DNA from: an uncultured Candidatus Saccharibacteria bacterium | GTDB taxonomy: Bacteria; Patescibacteriota; Minisyncoccia; Phycocordibacterales; UBA5272 | Reading direction: 5' to 3' | Assembly (NCBI GenBank): GCA_964544935.1 | Contig: CAZJDZ010000003.1 | Span: 24,568 to 88,567, forward strand | Length of the DNA: 64,000 nt | In this document: positions 55,396 through 64,000 of the stretch, piece by piece | How the letters are laid out: the number at the start of each line of letters is the position of its first letter | Position numbering within the stretch: the first letter of the stretch is position 1 | The notes under the pieces: model-generated | Database searches by the model: none | Told to the model about the DNA's origin: nothing | What the model saw: the letters and a program-made list of their open reading frames with translations, nothing else | Made by a program: the position numbers and the translations under genes

Positions 55396-55492
55396 ATAGT
55401 GGTTTGATAGACAGAAACACCCTTCTTTAATACTCTAATAATACCGGTAATCTGCAAGAAATGAAATATTGTTGTCAACAAATGGACTACTA

Positions 55493-56275
55493 CTAGTAAA
55501 GAGGTGTACCTTTTGCCTGTAGTTTCTGTTCAACAAGTTGTAGGTTTTTGAGAAAAGAAGACCTCATACCTTCAAGCCCTTGTCCATAAATAGCAGGGTT
55601 ATTCCCCGGATATGCGAGCCCCCAGCCGTCTTCCGTAACAAGAAGAGATGCGTTATACCCTTGTACCAAAATATCATGTGCAGTAAATAAGTCTCCAGTA
55701 TTCATGAGAAGTGTCCCGTAGGTATTAAGCACCCAAGGGTTATCTGGGTTTTTTTCGTATGCGGGTTGTATCACAGCGAGAGCCTCTTTGAACTTTCCTT
55801 GTTTAAAGAGAAGCCAAGCCATGTCATTTCTGCCGGCCCACGAGTTTCCATTTTGTCGTATATATTCTCTAAATGATTCAACTGCCTCAGAGTCTCTCCC
55901 AAGATATCCAAGGGTTAATCCACGTATGTAGAAGACTTTTGAGTGATTTGGGTAGTGGAGTGCTTCTGTATCGAGCTGTTTGAGTGCTGTGTTTAAATTG
56001 CCCTGTATAAAACTAATTCGTGCCAGCTGATAATATGCATATGCGGGAGGTATGTCATTTTTTGAATCAAAGATAATTGCTTGATTAAGAAAAAATTCTG
56101 CTATATGAATGTTGTATATAACATGATATCTATCAAAAAATAAACTAGCGAGTTCTACTTTTGGTACTGTATATACATACAAAGAAAACAAGGTACACAA
56201 TACTACGCACACAATGAGAAACTTTTTTGTATATGCATGGAACATAAGAATAGGCTGTATTTTTTTATTATGCAC
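55493..56275 (-). CDS. TPR-repeat protein with N-terminal TM anchor
   Basis: TM helix (FLIVCVVLCTLFSLYVY). TPR-like repeats (AYAYYQLARISFIQGNLNTALKQL, AWLLFKQGKFKEALAVIQPAYEKNPDNPW). Confidence 0.5.
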   Translation of the reverse strand: MHNKKIQPILMFHAYTKKFLIVCVVLCTLFSLYVYTVPKVELASLFFDRYHVIYNIHIAEFFLNQAIIFDSKNDIPPAYAYYQLARISFIQGNLNTALKQLDTEALHYPNHSKVFYIRGLTLGYLGRDSEAVESFREYIRQNGNSWAGRNDMAWLLFKQGKFKEALAVIQPAYEKNPDNPWVLNTYGTLLMNTGDLFTAHDILVQGYNASLLVTEDGWGLAYPGNNPAIYGQGLEGMRSSFLKNLQLVEQKLQAKGTPLY

Positions 56276-56397
56276 ATTATTGTAGCATTAGTAGCTACCT
56301 AGGTCAGGTTTCTTCTAGTATACTAGTAACTAGGTATAGGTATAGAAATCTGGTTAGACAACTTCGTCAGATTTCGGTTACTGTTTACCCAATAACT

Positions 56398-56619
56398 TTG
56401 TATATATTTATGATTACACGAATTAAAAAATCAGCAACATTTGGATTCCTTGTTTTGTTTTCAACCATTTCTGGTTTTTTTGCAATAAAAACTGACAAAG
56501 GAGCAGGGGATTCTGGAAACACTTTTGTTGAGAAAGCGTTTGCCGATGTCGCCGGAGAGTATGATCCAGGGTGCTGTGGGTCCAGTGGCTGTTCTGGTTG
56601 TGGGTCTTCTTCAGAGTAG
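56398..56619 (+). CDS. candidate TOMM/LAP-type RiPP precursor peptide (Cys/Ser/Gly-rich C-terminal core)
   Basis: 73 aa: hydrophobic/leader-like N-terminal region, then ...AGEYDPG-CCGSSGCSGCGSSSE. Core composition resembles streptolysin-S-like SagA. Lies 4-5 kb from YcaO and SagB-type genes. Confidence 0.4.
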   Translation: MYIFMITRIKKSATFGFLVLFSTISGFFAIKTDKGAGDSGNTFVEKAFADVAGEYDPGCCGSSGCSGCGSSSE

Positions 56620-56701
56620 CTATTTTATTAAGCAGTTACAGGAGAGATATAACAAAATTCTGTAACATAACACTATCAATAACGTTCTTTATAAACACAG
56701 T

Positions 56702-58045
56702 ATGGAAGAAATCACAAAAACACCTCAAAATTTTTTTACAAGTAAACAAGCCCTCGGCCTTGCTGTTGCTGTGGTTTTTCTTGTCGCTGTGTTTTTTGTA
56801 TATCGAACTAACTCTACGTCTACTACTGAAAGTATCGTTCCTGTAGCGATTGATAAGCAGGCCGTTTTTGACAAGAAACTCATGGAGCATGTGAAAGGGC
56901 TCACTACCGAAAGTACTCCGGATACATCAGAGTTCTATAAAAAAACTTTTTCTTCTCAATATCAAGACGCATATCTCAACTATCGTAAAGGAGGTATTGC
57001 TTTTACCTATGGGAATGAAACTGATGAACAGCAGTCCTACTGGTCACAAGCTCTTACTCAATTAGCTGGTGTCTACAACAATACGAGTCTTCCTAAAGAG
57101 GAAAGAGCTTATGCACTGAACGTCATGAATGCAATCTATATCGGAACCTCATGGGATGATACGTTTATGACAAAGAGTCTCTACACTATTTCTCCATTTA
57201 AAGAAATGTATGAAAAAAATGCACAAGAGCTTAAGACTACATATCCATACTTAGAAAATGCAAAAGATGTCATCAATAGACATACTCAAACAGCTCTTAT
57301 GGGTGCTGCATCACAAATAACAATGTCACAGATCAATAAACTTTCGTATGATTTGTATTCAGTTGGATATCCTTTGATGAGAAGTAGAATGAACAAAATG
57401 ACGTCTGATGGACGTATCTATATGCTCGATCCAAAGAACAAAGATAAGGACATGCTTACTCTTCATAAGGACTATTTGGCAAAAGAATATGGTGAGCAGG
57501 GTATCCTCAGTCTCAAAAAACAGTTAGAAAATCTTGATACAAACAAAATGCTCTTTGAAGGAGTAGGTTCTTTGTCACAAGAAATATACATGATGAGAAC
57601 TGTCGTTGTTTGGGATCCACTTATTTCTTTTGCAGATTCTGAGAGTCAAAAACTTGCATACCATAAGCTTATGATGCAGGATTTTAAGAAAGCAGCATCA
57701 CTTTCTTTTAGTACACAAAGAGGTAGTGTTATTACGATGATCCACTTGTTCTATGTGGCTGCACTTGTTGATTATGGTATTACCAAACAGGATTCTCTTC
57801 TAACACAACAAGAAAAAAATCAGTATAAAGAAGATGCAATACTTATAGTGAATATGCTTATTGATTCCAAATATAAAGCACTTGATAATTATGTTACAGA
57901 AGGAGAAGGGTATAGTCATATTCCAGCAAGTTATCCAGAAGGTAAGCCATACTACGGAGGAAGCCCTTATTATCAGTTACGTGTTCTTGCGCAACATGAT
58001 GAGAAGATTAAGACATATCTTACATCACACGGATGGAAGTTCTAG
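56702..58045 (+). CDS. hypothetical membrane-anchored protein in the RiPP-like cluster
   Basis: 447 aa. N-terminal TM (LGLAVAVVFLVAVFFVY). No recognised catalytic motif. Confidence 0.4.
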   Translation: MEEITKTPQNFFTSKQALGLAVAVVFLVAVFFVYRTNSTSTTESIVPVAIDKQAVFDKKLMEHVKGLTTESTPDTSEFYKKTFSSQYQDAYLNYRKGGIAFTYGNETDEQQSYWSQALTQLAGVYNNTSLPKEERAYALNVMNAIYIGTSWDDTFMTKSLYTISPFKEMYEKNAQELKTTYPYLENAKDVINRHTQTALMGAASQITMSQINKLSYDLYSVGYPLMRSRMNKMTSDGRIYMLDPKNKDKDMLTLHKDYLAKEYGEQGILSLKKQLENLDTNKMLFEGVGSLSQEIYMMRTVVVWDPLISFADSESQKLAYHKLMMQDFKKAASLSFSTQRGSVITMIHLFYVAALVDYGITKQDSLLTQQEKNQYKEDAILIVNMLIDSKYKALDNYVTEGEGYSHIPASYPEGKPYYGGSPYYQLRVLAQHDEKIKTYLTSHGWKF

Positions 58046-58048
58046 TGT

Positions 58049-58789
58049 ATGTTTTCGTCTCTTCATGAGTACAAGAAGTTAGAGCTTATAGAGAAGGTAG
58101 AATCTTCTTCACTTGAAATAATCACAGAAGAAGTTACTCGTGCAGACTCTTTGATGAAAAAAGGACACTTCTATTTTAGAGGGACAGATAACTATGTGTA
58201 TTTACATCTTCGAGCCCCATACTCTTTTCCACAAGAAACAGACTGGAAACATTTTAATGAAGTTGTTTTACCTCATGAGCTGTATACAACTAACACGAGC
58301 TATGCAGAAAAGTTTCCAGAGCTTCTCGCTGTTCTTTCTTCTTTTGCAAAGAAGAATAATGCTTCGCTATCCCGAGTATTTCTTGCAAAAATAAAAGACG
58401 CAGCAGTCCCATACTTACATGTTGATCTAGGGTTCTTTTATATATTTCACAAACGGTATCATTTTGTTATTTCTTCACATGGTTCCGAAATGGAATCAGG
58501 AGGAGTCACAAAAATTTTTACTTCAGGAGATATTTTTTTTATCAATAATAAAATACCTCACACGGGAATGAATCATATAGCGGGGGACGAGAGGATCCAT
58601 GTATTTTTTGATGTGTTGCCTAAGAATTGGTTTACGCTCGGGTACATGTACATACAGTGGCTTTTGGTCTACAGATCCATACAAGGGTTCTATAACTATT
58701 CTCTAGGTAAAGGATTATTTGGTCTGGTGTATCTTTTCCAAGCTTGTATGTTAAGTTTTTTTGCCTATCCCAATGAGAGCAAGACTTAG
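58049..58789 (+). CDS. aspartyl/asparaginyl beta-hydroxylase-like (cupin-fold 2OG oxygenase family) protein
   Basis: C-terminal block VTKIFTSGDIFFINNKIPHTGMNHIAGDERIHVFFDV resembles the AspH-family core (G..lvFDDS..HE..N.s...R.vL.vD). An upstream His (YLHVDLGF) is a possible first metal ligand. Confidence 0.4.
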   Translation: MFSSLHEYKKLELIEKVESSSLEIITEEVTRADSLMKKGHFYFRGTDNYVYLHLRAPYSFPQETDWKHFNEVVLPHELYTTNTSYAEKFPELLAVLSSFAKKNNASLSRVFLAKIKDAAVPYLHVDLGFFYIFHKRYHFVISSHGSEMESGGVTKIFTSGDIFFINNKIPHTGMNHIAGDERIHVFFDVLPKNWFTLGYMYIQWLLVYRSIQGFYNYSLGKGLFGLVYLFQACMLSFFAYPNESKT

Positions 58790-59482
58790 TTCTGAGTAAC
58801 CATCAATCTCAAGAAGTTCATCAATACGTTCCTGATCTCCGTACCCAATCATTCTTGCTCGTACATCACATGCTTCAGCGAGCAGTTGTATGTTTTGGCT
58901 GATTTCTCCACACTCAATAAGTGCTGCGCGCACACCAAACCACCCGTACTTGTGCATATTTTTTTCTGGACAGTACGATAGTATAAAAACACCTGACGTA
59001 GTGTTGACCCACTCCTGACTGCAACCAATTGTCTCCCCAATAGACTCTATATTTATTTTTTTGATATATGAAAATTCTTTTGAAACAGGAGAGTAGTGAT
59101 AGAGGCCGACATGAAAATCGTCACCAGTATAATTGTTGAGGTAATATATCTCTACTGGGTAGAGAGCTCCACCAGAAGCATATGGTCTACTTATATATTC
59201 TTTTTTTTCAGATGTTGCGTGGTGTAGTATTGCAATGATTTCTGCTTGTGTAACACCAGGTTGCATAGAAAGTAAAGATCTTCTTGTGCTCAATAAAGTA
59301 AGAATATCTAGATTTTTAAAAATATTTTCCGGATACGGAAAAGAGTTACTTGCGATTGAAGCAAGAGGTCTTCTGTATTCTTTATGGTTGATAGTTTTCC
59401 AAGATTCTGGCCATGTTGAATCATCACCAACAAAGTTTTTTCCTTTTAGAAAGGTATCAAAAAGTTTTTTATCAATGTTCAT
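58751..59482 (-). CDS. SagB-type dehydrogenase (nitroreductase-fold, azoline oxidase family)
   Basis: Hallmark TRRS..........RPYASGGALYPVEIY (the R.S...R..PSGGA.YP.E.Y signature of the SagB/ThcOx family). Translationally coupled to the upstream YcaO gene (3-nt gap). Confidence 0.65.
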   Translation of the reverse strand: MNIDKKLFDTFLKGKNFVGDDSTWPESWKTINHKEYRRPLASIASNSFPYPENIFKNLDILTLLSTRRSLLSMQPGVTQAEIIAILHHATSEKKEYISRPYASGGALYPVEIYYLNNYTGDDFHVGLYHYSPVSKEFSYIKKINIESIGETIGCSQEWVNTTSGVFILSYCPEKNMHKYGWFGVRAALIECGEISQNIQLLAEACDVRARMIGYGDQERIDELLEIDGYSELSLALIGIGKKT

Positions 59483-59485
59483 AGA

Positions 59486-60895
59486 TTATGGGAATGGATG
59501 AGGGGTTGGATTATAATCACGAATTGTTACATCCTCTATTTTTTTACCAAGCTCTTTTGCAAGACGTTCGGAGCGTAGTGTTGCAGTTGTTTCTAATAAA
59601 TGAAGTTGTAGAAATGTTGGCACAATCACTTTAACAACATGGTACCCAATCTTTTTTAGAATAGGGGATGATACTGTGTATACATAGATATCTGGCGTTT
59701 CTGATTGTACTTTTTTAGTTAGCTCTATCAGAGTATCTTTAGGGTTATTTTTTTGTATTTCCCCACCAATATCTTGTAACGTAACATACTCTTCTGATAT
59801 CAAAAAATCAACATCGGTATTGATTGTTTCATCTGCCCACATGGTTATTCTTTGAAGTCGATTTACAGAAGGGTCTAGAAAAGGTTTGTAGGATGTTTTG
59901 TCCAGTGAAAATCTTTCTTCTGCAAATGTTTCGTTATACGTAAGAGAGCTCACAGCTTCATATAAAGAAGAAAGTACACTTTTTTCATGAGAGGAAATAT
60001 CGTTTCCGGCGGCAAGACTTACAAAGTGAGGGTGTTTTCGCTTGTCTTTAAGTATCGTAGTAAAAACAGGTACGCCATATGTATTTTCCATGACCAAAAC
60101 AATAGGTTCAAGATCTTTTGAGGCAAGTGTTGCAATAATTTTTCTAGATTCTTCATTTGTAATTGAATCAAGACGTACCCGTTTTGCAGATTTTTTTAGA
60201 AGCCAATACATAAGGAATGTATCTCTTTGTATTTCTTCTTGTAGTCCCGCGAGAACTGCCTCATCCCAAGTGAAATGTCCTGCAGCACCATTTGTTGTTT
60301 GGCTGGTCATCTGAACTGTGCCGCTTTGCTTATATCTCCAGAATATATATTGTGCAGGGATATCAATCTTTGTATCTAAAAAAAGTGACAGCACAGGAAC
60401 TGTTTCAACGTCACTAGGTATCTTTTTGTCCCAGAGTAAAGGGGAAACACGTCTCTGTTCGTCTAAGTAGTCAGGGAAATGTGCCAGGTGTGGCATGTCT
60501 TTGGTTGATTTTTTCTTGAGACTATTTTTTGAACATTCTGGTTTAGTTAGGAAGTAACGTTCTAAGCCTTCACCTATTGCTTTTGAGATGACGATGCCAA
60601 AATCTTCCGTACGTATTGTTGCTGAATGACCAGATGCTCCATTCTTAAAAAGTGTAGATAAGGTGCGCATCGGAAGAATGTCATTTGAGGTCGGAGTTAT
60701 GTTGTAGTTTTCTAAGATATTCTCTTTGAGAAGAATTTCAAAAACATCATAGTAAGAAAGTTTTTTCTTCAAGAATAAGTACTGTCTTCTTGTGTATAAA
60801 CTTGTAGAGGTAAGCACATCTCGCACCTCAAAGAAATTTTTTTGTAATTGGGTGAAATTTGCTTTCTTCTGCATGTATGTTGTGTGCCAGCGCAT
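59486..60895 (-). CDS. YcaO-domain cyclodehydratase (TOMM-type)
   Basis: ISKAIGEGLERYFL matches the conserved YcaO A...EAiER block. The C-terminus ...DYNPTPHPFP carries the PxPxP motif typical of TOMM YcaOs. 469 aa. Confidence 0.6.
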   Translation of the reverse strand: MRWHTTYMQKKANFTQLQKNFFEVRDVLTSTSLYTRRQYLFLKKKLSYYDVFEILLKENILENYNITPTSNDILPMRTLSTLFKNGASGHSATIRTEDFGIVISKAIGEGLERYFLTKPECSKNSLKKKSTKDMPHLAHFPDYLDEQRRVSPLLWDKKIPSDVETVPVLSLFLDTKIDIPAQYIFWRYKQSGTVQMTSQTTNGAAGHFTWDEAVLAGLQEEIQRDTFLMYWLLKKSAKRVRLDSITNEESRKIIATLASKDLEPIVLVMENTYGVPVFTTILKDKRKHPHFVSLAAGNDISSHEKSVLSSLYEAVSSLTYNETFAEERFSLDKTSYKPFLDPSVNRLQRITMWADETINTDVDFLISEEYVTLQDIGGEIQKNNPKDTLIELTKKVQSETPDIYVYTVSSPILKKIGYHVVKVIVPTFLQLHLLETTATLRSERLAKELGKKIEDVTIRDYNPTPHPFP

Positions 60896-60949
60896 ACAGA
60901 GTATACCCTATAAGATAGTCTTTGTTGACTCTAGTATTATGGTATTATT

Positions 60950-61621
60950 TTGGCTATGAGCCATAAGAAAGCATACCCGTGGGTTCTGTCTTCGAGAGAG
61001 CTAGAAGATATTCAGTTGCTTCTACAGAATAAGAAGCAAGTTTCTTTTTTTGGTAAAGATGAGAATTTTCCACTTCTTACAATTAAGGAGTCGTACATAC
61101 TACGGTTTAGTGAGTCTCTGCAGGTAGAAAGTGACTGTATTATTGCTCCAAATATATTAAATACATTTGATAAGAATATAAGTAAAGCATTTTTTGAAGT
61201 CGCTGCAAAAAATGCTCACCAAGGAACAATACTCTGGATTAAGTGTATTCTCTTGGAAGAAGGCGATTACGATATCGCTTATTTTATTAGTAACCTCTCA
61301 ATGGATTTTTTTGATACACATGTAACAGCTTTACTTGCGTGTGTTGCGCTTGAAAAAAGAAAGCATGCAAAGGGATTTGTTTATGTAAAGCATAATGAGG
61401 TTTCTGAAATGCTTGCTACATATATAGCTACTAATGACAAAGCTCGTCTTTGTGATGCTTTATATTTTAGAAATAGGGGCGAGTATATGTCCTTTCCTTG
61501 TGAGGATGATATTTTTTCATATGCAAAAGAATATCATTTTGAATTAGTGAGTAAGACACGTTCTTTAGAGAAGTTTTTCCCGTTTAGTGTTGCTACATTT
61601 GTATTTCGTTTAACGAAATAA
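60950..61621 (+). CDS. hypothetical protein divergent from the YcaO gene
   Basis: 223 aa. No recognised motif. A position divergent from the modification genes makes it a candidate partner, immunity or docking protein. Confidence 0.35.
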   Translation: MAMSHKKAYPWVLSSRELEDIQLLLQNKKQVSFFGKDENFPLLTIKESYILRFSESLQVESDCIIAPNILNTFDKNISKAFFEVAAKNAHQGTILWIKCILLEEGDYDIAYFISNLSMDFFDTHVTALLACVALEKRKHAKGFVYVKHNEVSEMLATYIATNDKARLCDALYFRNRGEYMSFPCEDDIFSYAKEYHFELVSKTRSLEKFFPFSVATFVFRLTK

Positions 61622-61671
61622 GAACCACGATAGGTATCTTCCTCAGATAAAAGAGTCTCTTCTTTCATTGT

Positions 61672-63021
61672 TTGAAATATGGTAGAATCACCCCATTACT
61701 ATATATGAAGCAGAAAATTAAAGCATTTTGGGTGATTGTGATTATCGCAGTTATTGGTGGGTGGCTATGGAAAGGAGATACTATTTTTAATGGGGAATTT
61801 AAAAAAGACTTTGTGCTTGGACTTGATCTCGCAGGAGGAGCATCACTTACGTATGCAGTTGATACAAAATCACTTCCAGCAGATACAAATGTAGAGGACA
61901 GTGTACGTGCACTTCGTGATGTTATTGAACGTCGAGTGAATCTTTTTGGTGTTCGTGAACCAACAGTTACTACTGCGTACAGTCGTCTTGCAAAAGAATG
62001 GAGACTGGTTGTTGAATTACCTGGTGTTGCAGATATTGATCAAGCTGCAAAGCTTATCGGTGAGACACCAGTGCTTGAATTTCGAACACAGAAAAAAGAT
62101 GCTAAGCCACTTGATGCTTCCTCTACTATAGGAGATTTGTTGGGGGCGTACGAAAGTACAGAGCTTACAGGTACATATCTTAAGAAGGCGTCTCTTATCT
62201 TTGATCAAACAACTAATCGACCAATGGTAGAACTTACTTTTGATGAGACTGGAGCAAAACTTTTTGCAAAAATTACCAAAGAAAATATCGGTAAGCAAGT
62301 TGCTATTTTTCTAGACGGAGCACCTATTTCTTCACCAACAGTTAATGAAGAAATTACTCTTGGAAAGGCCGTTATTACTGGAGCATTTTCAATTGAGGAA
62401 GCTCGTACTATGGTTGGACGCTTAAACTCAGGAGCACTTCCAGTGCCTATTTCTCTTCTTGGAAAGAACTTAGTTGAGCCATCGCTTGGAGAAAAAGCAA
62501 TTGATGCTGGTAAAAAGTCATCTTTCGCAGGCTTCTTCCTTATCGTGCTTTTCATGATTATTTGGTACAGACTTCCTGGAATTATGGCTTCTCTTGCACT
62601 TGTTTCATACAGCGTGATGATGCTTGCACTCTTTAAGCTTATCCCTGTAACACTCACTGCTTCAGGTATTGCTGGGCTTATTATTTCACTTGGTCTTGCG
62701 GTGGATGCAAACGTGCTTACCTTTGAAAGAATGAAAGAAGAGCTTCGTAACGGTAAAGGACTTAGAGATGCAGTAGAGACAGGATTTACTCGTGCGTGGA
62801 CTTCAATTCGTGATTCACATATTGCAGCAATCATTGTTTCAATTATTTTGTTCTGGTTCGGAACATCTATTGTGAAAGGTTTTGCTTTTACATTCTTCTT
62901 AGGGGCGGTCGTGTCACTATTCTCAGCACAAGTAATTACACGAGTGTTTTTGCGTGCAATTATTATGGAAAAAGCAGGGAAGGTTGGTCGCTTCCTGTTT
63001 GGTTCTGGTTTTACTAAATAG
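61672..63021 (+). CDS. secD: protein translocase subunit SecD
   Basis: VLGLDLAGGASLTYAVD...IERRVNLFGVREPTV...LPGVADIDQAAKLIGETPVLEFR is the canonical SecD periplasmic domain. 6 C-terminal TM helices. The true start may be MKQKIKA (about 61708). Confidence 0.85.
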   Translation: MKYGRITPLLYMKQKIKAFWVIVIIAVIGGWLWKGDTIFNGEFKKDFVLGLDLAGGASLTYAVDTKSLPADTNVEDSVRALRDVIERRVNLFGVREPTVTTAYSRLAKEWRLVVELPGVADIDQAAKLIGETPVLEFRTQKKDAKPLDASSTIGDLLGAYESTELTGTYLKKASLIFDQTTNRPMVELTFDETGAKLFAKITKENIGKQVAIFLDGAPISSPTVNEEITLGKAVITGAFSIEEARTMVGRLNSGALPVPISLLGKNLVEPSLGEKAIDAGKKSSFAGFFLIVLFMIIWYRLPGIMASLALVSYSVMMLALFKLIPVTLTASGIAGLIISLGLAVDANVLTFERMKEELRNGKGLRDAVETGFTRAWTSIRDSHIAAIIVSIILFWFGTSIVKGFAFTFFLGAVVSLFSAQVITRVFLRAIIMEKAGKVGRFLFGSGFTK

Positions 63022-63031
63022 CTTTATATTT

Positions 63032-63904
63032 ATGTTTATTGTTAAATACAAATCATTGTTCATCGGGATAGCGCTTGTTATGGTTGCGTTCAGTATTTTC
63101 TCAGTTGCTCATTTTGGCATTAAGAAAGGAATTGATTTTACAGGAGGAACTGTTGTTGAGATCAACTACCCAGCTAATCCACAAAAGGTTGATCATGCTG
63201 TTTTTGAAAAACAAGGGGTCAAAGCATACAGTACAGGAGAAACATCGTACAAGTTTATTTCTCAGAAGTCATATGAAGAGACGGTGGAAATAATTAGCAC
63301 AACGCTCAATAAGACTGTGCATCCATATGTTGAAACTCAAGTGAATACTGTTGGTCCAAGTATGGGAAGTGAAATGACTAAGAAAGCGATGATTGCTATC
63401 GTGATTGTTGCAATCGCAATCCTATCGTTTATTGCATTTGCATTTCGTGAAGTATCTGTTCCAGTTGAGTCATGGAAGTATGGAGTGGTGGCGATGGTTA
63501 CTATTATTCATGACATTATTATTCCAACAGGAGTATATGCAATCTTGTCATTTAAGTATGGAGCAGAAATAGATACGCTCTTTGTTGTTGCGCTTCTTAC
63601 GGTTATGGCGGTTACAATCTCTGATAAGATTGTAGTATTTGATAGAATTCGAGAAAATCTTAAAGTACATGGGCATAAGCGTCCGTTTGATGATGTTATA
63701 GGGGAAAGTCTTGTACAGACTTTTACTCGATCAATTAATACATCTGTAACTGTGATTCTTTCACTTATTACACTGTACTTCTTTGGTCCTGTATCTACAA
63801 AATTCTTTGCACTAACACTTATGGTTGGAATTATTGTAGGAACATATTCTTCAATTTTCGTAGCAAGTCCACTGCTTACAATTTGGAACGGTAAGAAGAA
63901 ATAG
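63032..63904 (+). CDS. secF: protein translocase subunit SecF
   Basis: GIDFTGGTVVEINY... and the SecF TM core. Start set at MFIVKYK (ATG 63032) just after the secD stop (TAG 63019-63021). The track ORF begins upstream at 62954. Confidence 0.85.
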   Translation: MFIVKYKSLFIGIALVMVAFSIFSVAHFGIKKGIDFTGGTVVEINYPANPQKVDHAVFEKQGVKAYSTGETSYKFISQKSYEETVEIISTTLNKTVHPYVETQVNTVGPSMGSEMTKKAMIAIVIVAIAILSFIAFAFREVSVPVESWKYGVVAMVTIIHDIIIPTGVYAILSFKYGAEIDTLFVVALLTVMAVTISDKIVVFDRIRENLKVHGHKRPFDDVIGESLVQTFTRSINTSVTVILSLITLYFFGPVSTKFFALTLMVGIIVGTYSSIFVASPLLTIWNGKKK

Positions 63905-64000
63905 TGGTACAAGACTAGAAGACTGATGACATATGCAACGAAAGTAGGGGTAACCAAAGGTTATCCCTACTTTCGCTGTAAAAGTCTTAACTGTGTTGTC

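Noticed and set aside
56571-56846. 91-aa ORF overlapping the end of the candidate precursor gene in another frame
   Set aside because: It has low-complexity hydrophobic translation, no SD, and overlaps two better-supported ORFs (56398-56619 and 56702-58045).
1-64000. rRNA genes, CRISPR arrays and tRNAs other than tRNA-Ile(UAU)
   Set aside because: No 16S/23S/5S-like conserved blocks, no repeat-spacer arrays, and no further cloverleaf-compatible GTTCRANYC T-arm contexts were found on manual inspection. A tRNAscan/Infernal run is needed to be certain.

Overview
The window is AT-rich (roughly 38-40% GC by eye) and tightly packed with small genes, as in a reduced-genome bacterium. The domain architectures suggest a Patescibacteria/CPR-like organism, but that is an inference. 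Translation and information-processing genes dominate: secE-nusG-rplK with a sigma70-like promoter, argS, ileS, metG, rpsF-ssb-rpsR, infC-rpmI-rplT, ndk, smpB plus tmRNA, ftsH, a tRNA-Ile(UAU), recG and secDF. These are interrupted by accessory islets. The most notable is a candidate thiazole/oxazole-modified peptide (TOMM/LAP-type) RiPP cluster at about 56.4-61.6 kb. It contains a Cys/Ser/Gly-rich precursor, a YcaO with a C-terminal PxPxP tail, a SagB-type dehydrogenase and an Asp/Asn beta-hydroxylase-like oxygenase. Other notable points: recG carries an in-frame insertion of about 155 aa encoding a complete GxxExxY (PD-(D/E)XK-like) module, bounded by inverted copies of a short GC-rich repeat that also occurs elsewhere in the window. 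ileS carries an embedded, complete histidine-phosphatase (PGAM-like RHG...H) domain and is preceded by a T-box-like leader. Several islets are much more GC-rich than their surroundings (about 48-58% GC): a dcd-dut-folA-thyA block that sits where rplA-rplJ-rplL are normally found, a 58%-GC Tat-lipoprotein gene, two ORFs next to the tmRNA 3' end, and small orphan ORFs. There is a FolB-cupin fusion, a secreted protein ending in a Hint/BIL domain, an approximately 900-aa surface protein with about 95-aa Cys-containing repeats, and a family of near-identical terminator hairpins with CGTAGG/CGTACG loops. No rRNA genes or CRISPR arrays were seen.
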